DNA from: a phage
Assembly: GCA_012439925.1 (NCBI GenBank)
Contig: GCA_012439925.1_4519.1
Strand: one strand, 5' to 3'
Length of the DNA: 64,000 bases
Shown here: one piece after another, positions 16,534 to 26,600 of the stretch
How the letters are laid out: the number at the start of each line of letters is the position of its first letter
Position numbering within the stretch: the first letter of the stretch is position 1
Notes under the pieces: generated by a model
Told to the model about the DNA's origin: nothing
Seen by the model: the letters and a program-made list of their open reading frames with translations, nothing else
Databases searched by the model: none
Made by a program: the position numbers and the translations under genes

Positions 16534-16695
16534 ATGAGCCATAATCTGCAGAACGTAGTAGAGGCAGAACGTGAGCGTGAGGCTTTAGTCTATAATGAAC
16601 TATTAGCCACGTTCTTGGCCTTACACTCGTATGAACAGGAAGACTACACTGATTACGTTAAAAGTGTAGAAAAAGCTGTTTACAATCAACACTGA
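16534..16695 (+). CDS. hypothetical small protein (53 aa)
   Basis: Start MSHNLQ chosen downstream of the previous stop. Confidence 0.35.
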   Translation: MSHNLQNVVEAEREREALVYNELLATFLALHSYEQEDYTDYVKSVEKAVYNQH

Positions 16696-16741
16696 TAATG
16701 GTACTATACTCATATCAACAAAATGGAATGAATAAAACGTT

Positions 16742-17014
16742 ATGAATAAAGATATTGAAATTGTACGTGAAATTATTACGGTTGCTTCTATTTTGATTAA
16801 ATTCTCTAGGGAAGATATTGTTGAAGACCGAGCAAATTTCATCGGATTCTTGAATGAGATTGGAATTAAAAAAGATGGTCGGCAGCTAAATCAGAATTCG
16901 TTCAGAAAACTAATTACAAATTTAACTGCCGAAGAAAAGAAAACACTGATTAGTGAATTCAATGAAGGTTTTGAAAATATTTATCGCCATTTGACGATGT
17001 ATTCTAACAACTAA
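16742..17014 (+). CDS. asiA: anti-sigma-70 factor AsiA
   Basis: 90 aa, identical in length to T4 AsiA; REIITVASILIKFSREDIVE and EFNEGFE motifs match T4 AsiA as recalled. Confidence 0.85.
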   Translation: MNKDIEIVREIITVASILIKFSREDIVEDRANFIGFLNEIGIKKDGRQLNQNSFRKLITNLTAEEKKTLISEFNEGFENIYRHLTMYSNN

Positions 17015-17674
17015 TTATTTAGCCCGCCCTAATATCCTTGCTGCTTGGTTGCATATTGCAGCCAAGCGTTCTTCATTTAATACATCCGACCCCTTATACC
17101 AATACATAGAAACAGTTCCCGCATATATGTTATCCAAATTGAAGTAAGGACAACTATACATATACGCCAGTTCAGGAGTTTTTGATTTGGTAGGTAAGAA
17201 AGCAAAATCTGTTTTAGAAGTAAAGTGAAGTCCACTTAAATGGACCGAATATTCTGCTGTCGTTTTATCGACAGGAAATCCTCCCATAGATTTTTCAGTT
17301 ACTGTGCTAGGTAACTTACCTTCATACGCAATAAGGTCGACGAAATAATTTAGATTTTTAGGTCTGAAAGAATACACCGAACTAAAATCCGCCCTTGATG
17401 TGACGTGGACTATTTGTAGTTGTTCTAAAGCCGCAGATTCAAATCGTGTATTTCTTTCTTTTTGAATTACTTCTGTGTAAGTATCATATTTCGACCTCAC
17501 GTAATAATCCATAAAAATATTCCCTTTGTACCATATTAGTGCCATTAGGAACAAAAGAACTACAACAGCAACTCTTGAAATAAGAATATTTCCAGAGGCG
17601 TTATCTTTGAAAATGCGGTCTAGCAACCCAAATAAAATATCACTAGGCGAAAATGATACTTTTGGTGCTGCCAT
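17015..17674 (-). CDS. t: holin
   Basis: Start trimmed to MAAPKVSFSPSDILFG (T4 T begins MAAPRISF); 219 aa; single N-terminal transmembrane segment and large periplasmic domain; SD GGGAGG. Confidence 0.9.
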   Translation of the reverse strand: MAAPKVSFSPSDILFGLLDRIFKDNASGNILISRVAVVVLLFLMALIWYKGNIFMDYYVRSKYDTYTEVIQKERNTRFESAALEQLQIVHVTSRADFSSVYSFRPKNLNYFVDLIAYEGKLPSTVTEKSMGGFPVDKTTAEYSVHLSGLHFTSKTDFAFLPTKSKTPELAYMYSCPYFNLDNIYAGTVSMYWYKGSDVLNEERLAAICNQAARILGRAK

Positions 17675-17693
17675 ATTACCTCCCATTTATCAA

Positions 17694-17701
17694 TATTTAT
17701 A
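17694..17701 (-). promoter_or_regulatory. late promoter TATAAATA for gene t
   Basis: TATAAATA on minus strand, about 20 bp upstream of the trimmed t start codon. Confidence 0.55.
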
Positions 17702-17719
17702 ATTGAGAGGTATTATCGT

Positions 17720-18493
17720 TTAAATCCAGGAGCCGTAGATTGTGCCTGTAGCACCCCATGACGGTGAACTTCCGAATACTGCTCTGCCAGGAGCACCACC
17801 GCCAGATCTAGATAAGTGATTACCCCATCCATCTCCGCCCCGACCCCCAGCATCGCCACCATTACCACCGCCGAATTGGGAAGTGTAACCGGCACCACCA
17901 GGCGCGTCATAACTAGCATTACCACCCGGCCAATTAACGCCACCTCCGCCGATGCCAAATGGTCTACCACCACCGCCACCTGCTGTAGCATTTGGCGCCC
18001 AGCTATTCTGTAATGACACTGCACCACCTCCGCCACCGCCTGATGCAATAACACCATAGTTCCAAATACGAAGTCTTCCGCCGATATCATTTTGGATTAC
18101 ATCGCCACCATTAGTGCCTGGGTTTCCGTTTACAGTACCGTTACCACCTCGTCCCCACATATGAACTCCACCATGAATATTCAAAGTAACATATTCATTT
18201 GGCGTATCGCCATACATAAAGAATAATGGAACATCTTTACTATATGATACCAAATTTCCGGTGATATTAAACACTATAGGTGCACTACCCGCCTCAAAAC
18301 ATCTATCTCGGAACCATTGACCGTTGAAGTTATGGTCTGCTCCAAGTGTGTGAATTATTTCAACAGATCGACCTATCATATTACTCATCCAAAACGGAAT
18401 TCCCATTCTCAATCTCTGCGCGGCACCACCCATCCAATTTTGTCCTGTATTAACTACTGCAGACGATCCTACCCACGGTCCTGTTACTGCCAT
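17720..18493 (-). CDS. 38: T2-type gp38 tail fibre adhesin with glycine-rich motifs
   Basis: Start [13 protein letters not shown]; 257 aa (T2-type gp38 about 260 aa, T4 chaperone-type gp38 183 aa); multiple poly-Gly motifs separated by variable segments. Confidence 0.85.
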   Translation of the reverse strand: MAVTGPWVGSSAVVNTGQNWMGGAAQRLRMGIPFWMSNMIGRSVEIIHTLGADHNFNGQWFRDRCFEAGSAPIVFNITGNLVSYSKDVPLFFMYGDTPNEYVTLNIHGGVHMWGRGGNGTVNGNPGTNGGDVIQNDIGGRLRIWNYGVIASGGGGGGAVSLQNSWAPNATAGGGGGRPFGIGGGGVNWPGGNASYDAPGGAGYTSQFGGGNGGDAGGRGGDGWGNHLSRSGGGAPGRAVFGSSPSWGATGTIYGSWI

Positions 18494-18505
18494 ATAAACC
18501 TCCAA

Positions 18506-18519
18506 GGGGCCGAAGCCCC
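18506..18519 (-). other. TTCG-loop hairpin immediately upstream of the gene 38 Shine-Dalgarno
   Basis: Minus-strand GGGGCttcgGCCCC followed by TTGGAGG-N7-ATG; no U-tract, so not a classical terminator. Confidence 0.5.
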
Positions 18520-18524
18520 TCTTA

Positions 18525-21500
18525 TTATTTTAACAATGATTTAACTAATGCTTTAAGTTCTTCAATTTCTGATTTAAGTTCCGCAATTTCTGCAGTATGC
18601 TCATTGATTGCAGCTGTATTTAAACCAATTACACCGTTATAGTTCAAACGAAGTAAAGCTTCACCATCCGGGTCGCCTTCAACTAATTCTGGTAAAATAG
18701 CTTGAACTTCTTGAGCAATTAAACCGGCGTTAGGTTCCCATTTCTGATTGCCTTCTTCGTCCGTTCCACGTTTCTGCATATAAGTGTAACCGTTAATTTT
18801 AGAAAGCTTCTGAGAAGCATTTTCAAATTTAACGAGGTCTTTTTTAACACGAATATCAGAGCGGACATAAACATCACGGACAAACGTTGAATAGCTGTCA
18901 TTCGCCTGAACGAGATGCCCATGAGAAACGATAGCTCTTCCAACTTCTGTCCAAAAAGCACCGGTTGAATCCCAAAGCCCAGGATGAGATTGATAGCCTG
19001 CTCCCCAGTTTGCAATATGTATACCATTGGCAACCATATTGATTCGGCCGTCACCACCATGAACTAATCCAGTATCATTATCGCCAATAACAAGACATGG
19101 TCCAGTCCACACCGGGTCACCACCGCCAGCCGATAATCTTGCTCCAGTTTGTACCATGTTAGGAGCATACATAACTCCATTGTGGTGGAATTCATAGATA
19201 GCTTGTGGATCGCTAGCATTTTCCTGGTTACCAACACGAATAATAGCCTGAGCCCATTGGTTAGTGGTACGGCGCATACCAAAATCAACACCAGATACGT
19301 ATCCTTCATTCGTAATAACAGATTTTCCTTTGATAATTGGATAATAACTATCATTACCGACATAGCCAAAATCCACAAATACGGGGGCTTCTAAGCCCCA
19401 TTGGTCGCCCCAAGCGCCAGATTTATGTGCAACCCATTGACTAGCATTTATATAAAGGCGGTCTCTATTAAAATTAAATGTTCCTTGTCCTTGAGGAGAA
19501 AGCGATATTTCACCGGTATTTGTTATGTATACACCGCCTTGTGTAATGTAACTGTAAAAACCTAGACCATTGTCGGCACCGCCTTTACCAATATACCAAT
19601 TATTGGCCCCGGCCGTATCAGAACGAATAAATGATGAATCACTGGTCAAAGGAGGATTAAGAACTATTCCAGCGGCATCTTTATTAATCCAAAGAGTGCC
19701 GGTCATCGTGTCGCCTTCTTTCGAAACACGAGTCGCAATAGCATCGCGAATATTTGTAGTATCACCGGCAGAAGTAAACGTTTTCCAGATATCAGACCAG
19801 ATATTACCATTGCGAGCAATAGTAGCTTCACCGCCGCCAACAGCAACGTTATCTGGGAAGTTAACAGTACCGTCTTGATTAAAACGAGACGTATGGCCTT
19901 GTGAACCATCTTCTTTCAGATGATGAATAACGAATGTACCCGAATTAATTTCAGTACCTAAAGACCAAACGGCTTTACCATTTAAAAACTTCTGTTTAAC
20001 AATAGGATAATATTTGCTTACAGCATCATCATCAATTTCCTGGAAAATAGGAGCCGCTTGGGCATATTGAATATCATATCCACCTGCGCCAGCGCCATGA
20101 CCAACAAATTTAATATAGCCGTTCGCTGCGAACGTATTGTAACTTGATTGTAAATCTGGAATAGTAACTTTACCGGTATCTAAAGCCATACTAAACGGGC
20201 GAAGTGGACCGATATCACCATTTTTGCCTTCACCGTAAGCAGTTGGAATAATATGAAGACTACCTTCTGAACGTCTAAAAATGGCTCCATAATCTGCATT
20301 CCAAATGCGAAGTGCATTCACTGCTCCAGATGAAATTTCACCTGTTGTGTGAACTCCTCTATCTCCAGCAGTAACACCAGATGATTCAAATGAACCATTA
20401 ACGTTCATTTCTACTTCGCCAGTAGTAAGTCTTTGAATATAGCTCATCCAGCTAGTTGCATCAGAAATTTCCATAATGTTTTTACGGATACCTCCGCTTG
20501 GATCAACAAACGTATTACCCCAAACTTTAATATCCATATTATCAACCGAGCTGTATCCTGTTGTGTTGCCTCTAAACATTAGTGTAGAAGAATTATTTCT
20601 ACCATCTATATTTACAGAACCGCCAATAACGTCAATATTACCAGGAGTAACTAACAAACCGCCGTGAGTATTAATGTTTGTAGTACCCTTGCCGCGGAAA
20701 TAATGATGATAGTTACCGCCTTGATAATATCCCAAAAGAGTCTGACCATCTCCAAACGCGTTATTATCGTGATATGTCACAACAGTAGCAAGAGCATAGT
20801 TTTCAGTTGGAGGAGTAGTTAAATCGGTTCCATTAGTAGAATATCCAGCTACAAATTTTCTTAGGCTAGTTGTTTCGCTAGGATTAAATAAAAACGTTTT
20901 TGTTCCATTATTAACGCTGAAATAATATCCGTCTTGATGCCATTTAAATCCAGTATCATTATCTCCTAAAGCAATGCTAGATGGTCCTAATATTGAATAA
21001 TCTTTATTACCTGGTGTTAAACCGATAGAAATTGAGTGACTTGATTTAATTCCGCCGCTCCAGGTAAATGACCAAAGATAAGCATCTAATCCATCTCCAC
21101 TATACCAAGTTATTCCATCATTATCTTTAACTTCATGGAAAATACCAGAACCAACGGCATTACGCATGACACGAAGATGATTAATAGCAGTAGTGCTTTC
21201 AGACAATGGAACATTGTCTGCCATCGAATAGATGTCATAATCACCCGTAGATTTATTATTAGTAATGACTTTGTTGGTTAGAATTTGTGGAGACGAAATA
21301 GATTTCCATGCTGATACTTCAGGTGAAGTAAATAGTCCACTGCCTGAAAATGCATAAGTGCTTTCGCTACCAGCGGCATAGTCTTGAACCCTGATATTAA
21401 GTACTTGTGTAGTTAAACCATCATTAGCCGGGGCATAAATGATTCCGCGTTCGCGACTATTGTTATCGAAAAAACGAACATGTGCTGTGCCTGAACTTTT

Positions 21501-21839
21501 TGTAATAAGTTCACCGCCTTCAGTCATAATCTGCCCGGCGGCAAAAATATCGCGAGTTACTCGAGCAATACCAGTTAAATTAAAATTACCCGTCTGTGTG
21601 AAGACGCCATTTAAAGTATAATCACCAGTTTGGTTGTAATTGCCAGTATGAATAACATTCCCGTCAATACTACCACCTTTAGCAAAACCTAGATCAATAA
21701 TATTTCCTTGGTCATCTTTAGTAAAAAGTACACGGTCTTTTAAGTTTATAGCCAATTCACCTTCGGCTAATACTGAAGCGGCAGGACGTGCTCCTGCAGT
21801 TTTGCTTCTTTTAAATTGTATTTGTTTTAAAGTAGCCAT
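18525..21839 (-). CDS. 37: long tail fibre distal subunit with C-terminal intramolecular chaperone domain
   Basis: 1104 aa; N-terminus [13 protein letters not shown]...[18 protein letters not shown] matches T4 gp37 as recalled; C-terminal about 100 aa resemble the self-cleaving chaperone domain of tail fibre and endosialidase proteins. Confidence 0.9.
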   Translation of the reverse strand: MATLKQIQFKRSKTAGARPAASVLAEGELAINLKDRVLFTKDDQGNIIDLGFAKGGSIDGNVIHTGNYNQTGDYTLNGVFTQTGNFNLTGIARVTRDIFAAGQIMTEGGELITKSSGTAHVRFFDNNSRERGIIYAPANDGLTTQVLNIRVQDYAAGSESTYAFSGSGLFTSPEVSAWKSISSPQILTNKVITNNKSTGDYDIYSMADNVPLSESTTAINHLRVMRNAVGSGIFHEVKDNDGITWYSGDGLDAYLWSFTWSGGIKSSHSISIGLTPGNKDYSILGPSSIALGDNDTGFKWHQDGYYFSVNNGTKTFLFNPSETTSLRKFVAGYSTNGTDLTTPPTENYALATVVTYHDNNAFGDGQTLLGYYQGGNYHHYFRGKGTTNINTHGGLLVTPGNIDVIGGSVNIDGRNNSSTLMFRGNTTGYSSVDNMDIKVWGNTFVDPSGGIRKNIMEISDATSWMSYIQRLTTGEVEMNVNGSFESSGVTAGDRGVHTTGEISSGAVNALRIWNADYGAIFRRSEGSLHIIPTAYGEGKNGDIGPLRPFSMALDTGKVTIPDLQSSYNTFAANGYIKFVGHGAGAGGYDIQYAQAAPIFQEIDDDAVSKYYPIVKQKFLNGKAVWSLGTEINSGTFVIHHLKEDGSQGHTSRFNQDGTVNFPDNVAVGGGEATIARNGNIWSDIWKTFTSAGDTTNIRDAIATRVSKEGDTMTGTLWINKDAAGIVLNPPLTSDSSFIRSDTAGANNWYIGKGGADNGLGFYSYITQGGVYITNTGEISLSPQGQGTFNFNRDRLYINASQWVAHKSGAWGDQWGLEAPVFVDFGYVGNDSYYPIIKGKSVITNEGYVSGVDFGMRRTTNQWAQAIIRVGNQENASDPQAIYEFHHNGVMYAPNMVQTGARLSAGGGDPVWTGPCLVIGDNDTGLVHGGDGRINMVANGIHIANWGAGYQSHPGLWDSTGAFWTEVGRAIVSHGHLVQANDSYSTFVRDVYVRSDIRVKKDLVKFENASQKLSKINGYTYMQKRGTDEEGNQKWEPNAGLIAQEVQAILPELVEGDPDGEALLRLNYNGVIGLNTAAINEHTAEIAELKSEIEELKALVKSLLK

Positions 21840-21847
21840 AAGTCCTC

Positions 21848-22504
21848 TTAATAATAGCCGAAATCTTGAACAGAATCCTTAATAACAATTTGGTCAAATC
21901 GTGGAACATGCGATGGTTGAGATGCAGGATTCTGTGAGAAAAAGTTTGGGGCGGTTAGCGCGCCGGTCATCGTATCTCCTGAACGGAGTACACGACTGTT
22001 TGCATTAGCATTAACTGTATTTATTTGACTATCAACATAATCTTTGCGAGTAAGGTCGTAATTATTTAAAGGTGCTAACGTTGTGGCTCTGAATTGAGAT
22101 GCTTCAATAACGCCTTTAGAACTTATATTACCGGTGCGAGTATCAATTACAGCAGTTCTTTCACCTGTACCTTGAGATGATTTAAACCCAATACCATACC
22201 ACGAAACAATATCCATGTTTGTTTGGTCGAATGTCGCGGCGTCACCACCACCAGAAAAAATACCATTCGTTTGGTCATCTGCTGTTTTGACTGCAACACC
22301 TTCGTTAAAGATTACCTTTTTGAGATATGTCCCACCGTTTGCTTTAGATACGAAATCGTTATCAGCCGCTTTTGGCTTGTTATATTCGGTGTATAATTTA
22401 AATGTTTTATATAGGATGTCATCGCCAGCTGGCATTAAAGGAAAATTGCCTTGATGCCATATGACGGAACCACCAACTGTACTTCCGGCTTTTAAATCGG
22501 CCAT
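21848..22504 (-). CDS. 36: long tail fibre hinge/distal connector
   Basis: 218 aa (T4 gp36 221 aa); N-terminus MADLKAGSTVGGSVIWHQGNFPL matches T4 gp36. Confidence 0.9.
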   Translation of the reverse strand: MADLKAGSTVGGSVIWHQGNFPLMPAGDDILYKTFKLYTEYNKPKAADNDFVSKANGGTYLKKVIFNEGVAVKTADDQTNGIFSGGGDAATFDQTNMDIVSWYGIGFKSSQGTGERTAVIDTRTGNISSKGVIEASQFRATTLAPLNNYDLTRKDYVDSQINTVNANANSRVLRSGDTMTGALTAPNFFSQNPASQPSHVPRFDQIVIKDSVQDFGYY

Positions 22505-22530
22505 TTCGTGTCTCCTTATTAATATTAAAG

Positions 22531-22538
22531 TATTTATA
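22531..22538 (-). promoter_or_regulatory. late promoter TATAAATA for gene 36
   Basis: TATAAATA on minus strand between genes 35 and 36. Confidence 0.55.
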
Positions 22539-22540
22539 CG

Positions 22541-22562
22541 CGAAAAGGAGACCGAAGTCTCC
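22541..22562 (-). terminator. intrinsic terminator after gene 35
   Basis: Minus-strand GGAGACttcgGTCTCC followed by TTTTCG. Confidence 0.6.
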
Positions 22563-22563
22563 T

Positions 22564-23688
22564 TTATTCTGTGTACTCTTTAAATTCCTGCCCAAATACC
22601 TTACCTGTGTCGTTAGATAACTGAGTAGGCAAGTCCATTATATCATTACCGATTAATGATTCATCGATGTAATTAGCACGAATACCGTTTAGGCCAAACT
22701 CGGCGGGTTTTGCTATACTTCCGTTACATGATACTTCAGTGAAAATAACATTTCTTAGTCCACCTTGACCGACTGGGGCCGTACGGTAACAATATACTGT
22801 AAAGCCATCGGCTTCAGCTGGTATTTCAACATATTCTTCATATAGCTTCCACACCCCGGCAGTTCCGTCAAAGTTTATATCTTTAGATGATATAGGAGAG
22901 CTAGATGGAGACTTAAAGAAACGAATTGAAAGTCTTGTGGTTCCTTCCTCTAGTAATGCTTCATCAGCCATTAATTGAAATTTCAAATAAAGAAAATCTG
23001 TAGGCTTTAATCCATAGTTTGCGATAGGAGTAACAAGGGATGATGTAGGCACCCTTTTTATTTCATTGTTAGTTCCTCCAACAGGAGATAAAAACGTTTC
23101 TAGAGCTTCATATGTACGTCTAGGATAGCCGGTAGCACCTATATCAGCAATAGAGTCATATACAATATCTAATGGAGTTGAGTAATCAGAAATTGTTTTC
23201 TTATTACTGTATTTTATGTGTTCTAATGCAATAGTATTTTTACCTGAAACATAAAACGCTGAATATGAAATATCAACAAGACTAGCAACTTCAATTGACG
23301 GTATAACTGAACTCCCAGCAGCTTTAAACCATTCAATTATTTCTGGCGGCAAATTAAATTTGTTATTAGAAATAAATGCGAAAATGAAATTATCTGCGTA
23401 TGTATTAACAAACGAAATAAATGCAGCTGAAGTTGCATTATTTGTAGGCGCAAAATTGTATAATTTACTATCAACTATAGTTCCATTTTCCGGATTTATT
23501 ACCCTAACATTTAGTCCAATACCAAAAGACTGCAACCCTAAAGGCTCATTTTGGAACAAAATATACGGATTAGTTGTTGAAAGCGGGCATGAACCCGCTA
23601 TACTTAGCTTAAATCTAACTGAATTGCTTTCCGATAAAAACGGCGTTTGGACGTATCCTTGTCCAAACCTTGCCATAAATTTTTCCAT
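22564..23688 (-). CDS. 35: long tail fibre proximal connector (hinge)
   Basis: 374 aa (T4 gp35 372 aa), position between 34 and 36. Confidence 0.85.
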   Translation of the reverse strand: MEKFMARFGQGYVQTPFLSESNSVRFKLSIAGSCPLSTTNPYILFQNEPLGLQSFGIGLNVRVINPENGTIVDSKLYNFAPTNNATSAAFISFVNTYADNFIFAFISNNKFNLPPEIIEWFKAAGSSVIPSIEVASLVDISYSAFYVSGKNTIALEHIKYSNKKTISDYSTPLDIVYDSIADIGATGYPRRTYEALETFLSPVGGTNNEIKRVPTSSLVTPIANYGLKPTDFLYLKFQLMADEALLEEGTTRLSIRFFKSPSSSPISSKDINFDGTAGVWKLYEEYVEIPAEADGFTVYCYRTAPVGQGGLRNVIFTEVSCNGSIAKPAEFGLNGIRANYIDESLIGNDIMDLPTQLSNDTGKVFGQEFKEYTE

Positions 23689-23696
23689 ATAACCTC

Positions 23697-26600
23697 TTAT
23701 TCAACCCATATAAATTTAACTGTTTTGTTAACCGGGTCTGGAACAATTCTCACATTTCCTAATTGTAAGAAGTCTCGAACAGTAAGGTTTCCAATCACAG
23801 CATTATCGGACGGGATAGCACCGACATCGCTAGGTGAAGGTGGGTTGCCACTATCAAATACCATTGCAAATGAGGTCCAAGCATCTTTATTTTTCTGCCA
23901 GGTACGAGTATAACGAATACTACCACCATTTGCACCTGTAGGATAACAAATCCAATCCTGATAAAGCGAATCTAAGCTATTACCAAATTGAGTCAAAGTA
24001 CCAGGATATTTAATTTCTTGGTCACGGTTACCTTTGTTATCACGCGTCCAGTATCCAGGGAATTGGCTATATACAGCAGAATCGTTAATGTCAATAGACC
24101 AAAAACCTACAGTAGAAGCTGTTGGTTTATCGGTATAAACCGTGGCAGTTTTAACGCCGTTAGAAATAATCCTGTTATTTACAGTTAACCCACCGGTAGT
24201 TATTGTTGCACCACTTGTGATTTGAACACCGTTGTCAAGACGAACTAGGCCTGTGGCATTGTTAATCGTGATCGGGCGTAAGTTATTAAACGTCCCTGTC
24301 TGGTCACCTGAGTTAGTTAATGCAATATAAGAACTGTTACCAGCATTATAAAGCATAACACCATAGTTACCGTTAATAGCTCTGAATGCAATAGGAGAAC
24401 TAGAAACAATTTCGCCTGTAGCACTAATAGGCCCGGTAAAGGTAGAAACACCTGTAACGTTTAATCCATTTGTAGAAACAATGCCTGTTGAATAAAGTGT
24501 TCCATTAATATTAAATGATACTTTATTATCAGAAGCGCGCTGAGAATAGAAATGGTATCCAGTTTCGTCACCCGCTTCAAATACTGTATCACGGGCACCA
24601 TCTGTAGCGCTATTACCCCATGCTCTAACAACGAAATTCTCTTTATTACTAAGAGATTGAGTTCCTTTAGTGAAAACTATTTCGGAACCGCTAGAGTCAT
24701 TAAGAGTTAATCTACGAGTAACAGATGCTTCGGAACCAAAAGAAGCAGTGCTTGTAGATACTAAAGGAGCACTCAGGTTGGTCTGTTTAGTAAGACTTAA
24801 AGAACCATTAACAGTCTGGTCGATGTCTCTACGGATGAACTGAAGAGAATCTAGACCATCTAACAGATTACTATCTACGGCTTTAGCTTTCAATGGCAAA
24901 TAGTTAGCAAGTACACGGTTTAATTCATATGGAGAAATAGCATAACTATTTTTCTCGTAAAGATTCAGGTCCTGGGTACTACCTTGAGTATCGTCACCAA
25001 CGAATGTAATAGAACCAGATGAAGTTTTAACGAATCCACGAATTGCCGTAGTAGCAGCCCATGTTGGTTCATCCTGGACAATCCATTTTAAATTCTTAGG
25101 CGATACAGCAGTATTAGCAGAAGTTCCTGTTACAGTTTCAGCCTGAGTAGCAACCTTAATCACGCCTTCAGACGTTTCAGTGGACTTAGTCCCTAAAAGT
25201 TTTTTAGGAGTAATAAGAACATCATCTAAAGTTCCGGCATTAGATTCTGCCTGAGTCGCTACGCGAAGTGTACCACGTTGTGTTTCATTTGCTTTAGAAA
25301 TATCAAGAGTATAATGGTTCCACAAGGTTCCTTCTTCAATAAGTCCGGAATCAGAATTAACACTGGTACGGTCAGAAGAATCAAAATGAGTTTTAATTTT
25401 CAGTGGAGACGAGATACGAGTATCGTCAGTTCCAGTATCAAATTCAACTTGCGTAGCAATTTCGGCTATGCCGGATAATCCTTCCGTAGCTTTCCTATCA
25501 TTTAACGTCTTAGGCGTTACTGCTCTAGTATAATCAGTTCCAGTGTTAGTTTCTGCTTGCGTAGCAATTTCAATTAAACCAATACGTCCATCAGTAGAAG
25601 TTTTCTTATGTAGTGTTTCAGGGGTCACTACAGCATTAGCCCAACCGGCTTGTGATTCACCAGCGATAACTTCACTTTCAATAGCAAGAATTACTGCGCC
25701 CTGTTGAGTAGGGGTAGCTTTATACTGGTCAAGAGCCTTTGGAGAAATAGTTAAATTATCTACGGCTTTGTTATAAACGTTAGTCCCAGCATTACCACGA
25801 ACAGTAGCCGCTGTAGTACCAGTCGTAGATGTGTATTTTACAATACCAGATAAAACTTCAGAACCTTGACGGGCATCCAATTTCTTAGGAGTAATAATAG
25901 TGGTATCATCTATGCCAGCATTAGTTTCATCCTGAGTTGCAACTTCAGCAACACCTCTACGGGTTTCAGTTGCTGTACGTTCGTTCAATTTCTTAGGAGA
26001 AATAATCAAGTCGTCTTGGAATGCAAAATCGGTATTCTGGTTAACTTGTGCAGTTGTTGCAATACGAGCAATACCACGACGAGTTTCAGTTGCTGTACGA
26101 TTTGCTAATGTTTCCGGAGTAATAGCAAGTTCTTTACCAGGAGCATTTTCTAAATCGACATTTGCTTGCGCTTGAGAAGCAAGAGCAATAACACCTAAAC
26201 GAGCTCGAGTTGTATTGCTCGATGCATCGACTCGTTCGACGGTTACAGTGTTTTGTTGAACTACCCAATATTTTGTTTCAGATGAATAATCTTCTATATA
26301 AGCTAACTCAAGTACAGGTACATACGAAGTATCGCCATTAAATTCCAGCTCACTAACAGAAACCCATTGTGCATCAGGTGGATACTCTGAACGTTTTGGG
26401 AACTGTAATAAAGAAATACTGCTAGCAATTGTATCGCCTTCAGCAGCTTTAATTTTTACAGTTTGCCCTTTACGCATATAATTCAACGATATTTTAACAG
26501 TATCACCAGACAAAATATCTGTAGGCAAAGTAAGATTTACCGTCGAGATTGTATCATTATTAGTTCCAAAAACAAGAACTTCTTCATTAGGGCGTAAATC

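Noticed and set aside
17713-18090. Alternative minus-strand ORF (125 aa) and plus-strand ORF 17816-18013 within the gene 38 region
   Set aside because: These are frame variants produced by the GC-rich glycine-codon repeats of gp38; the gp38 frame has the conserved N-terminus and T2-type architecture.
17720-18505. Glycine-rich ORF as a collagen-like or PE-PGRS-like protein
   Set aside because: Context (between gene 37 and holin t), size and N-terminal sequence identify it as a T2-type gp38 adhesin, whose poly-Gly motifs are a known feature.
18525-18830. gp37 C-terminal domain as evidence for an endosialidase or depolymerase tailspike
   Set aside because: Only the C-terminal chaperone-like module is shared; the rest of the protein is a T-even long tail fibre distal subunit with a gp37 N-terminus, so no enzymatic depolymerase is inferred.
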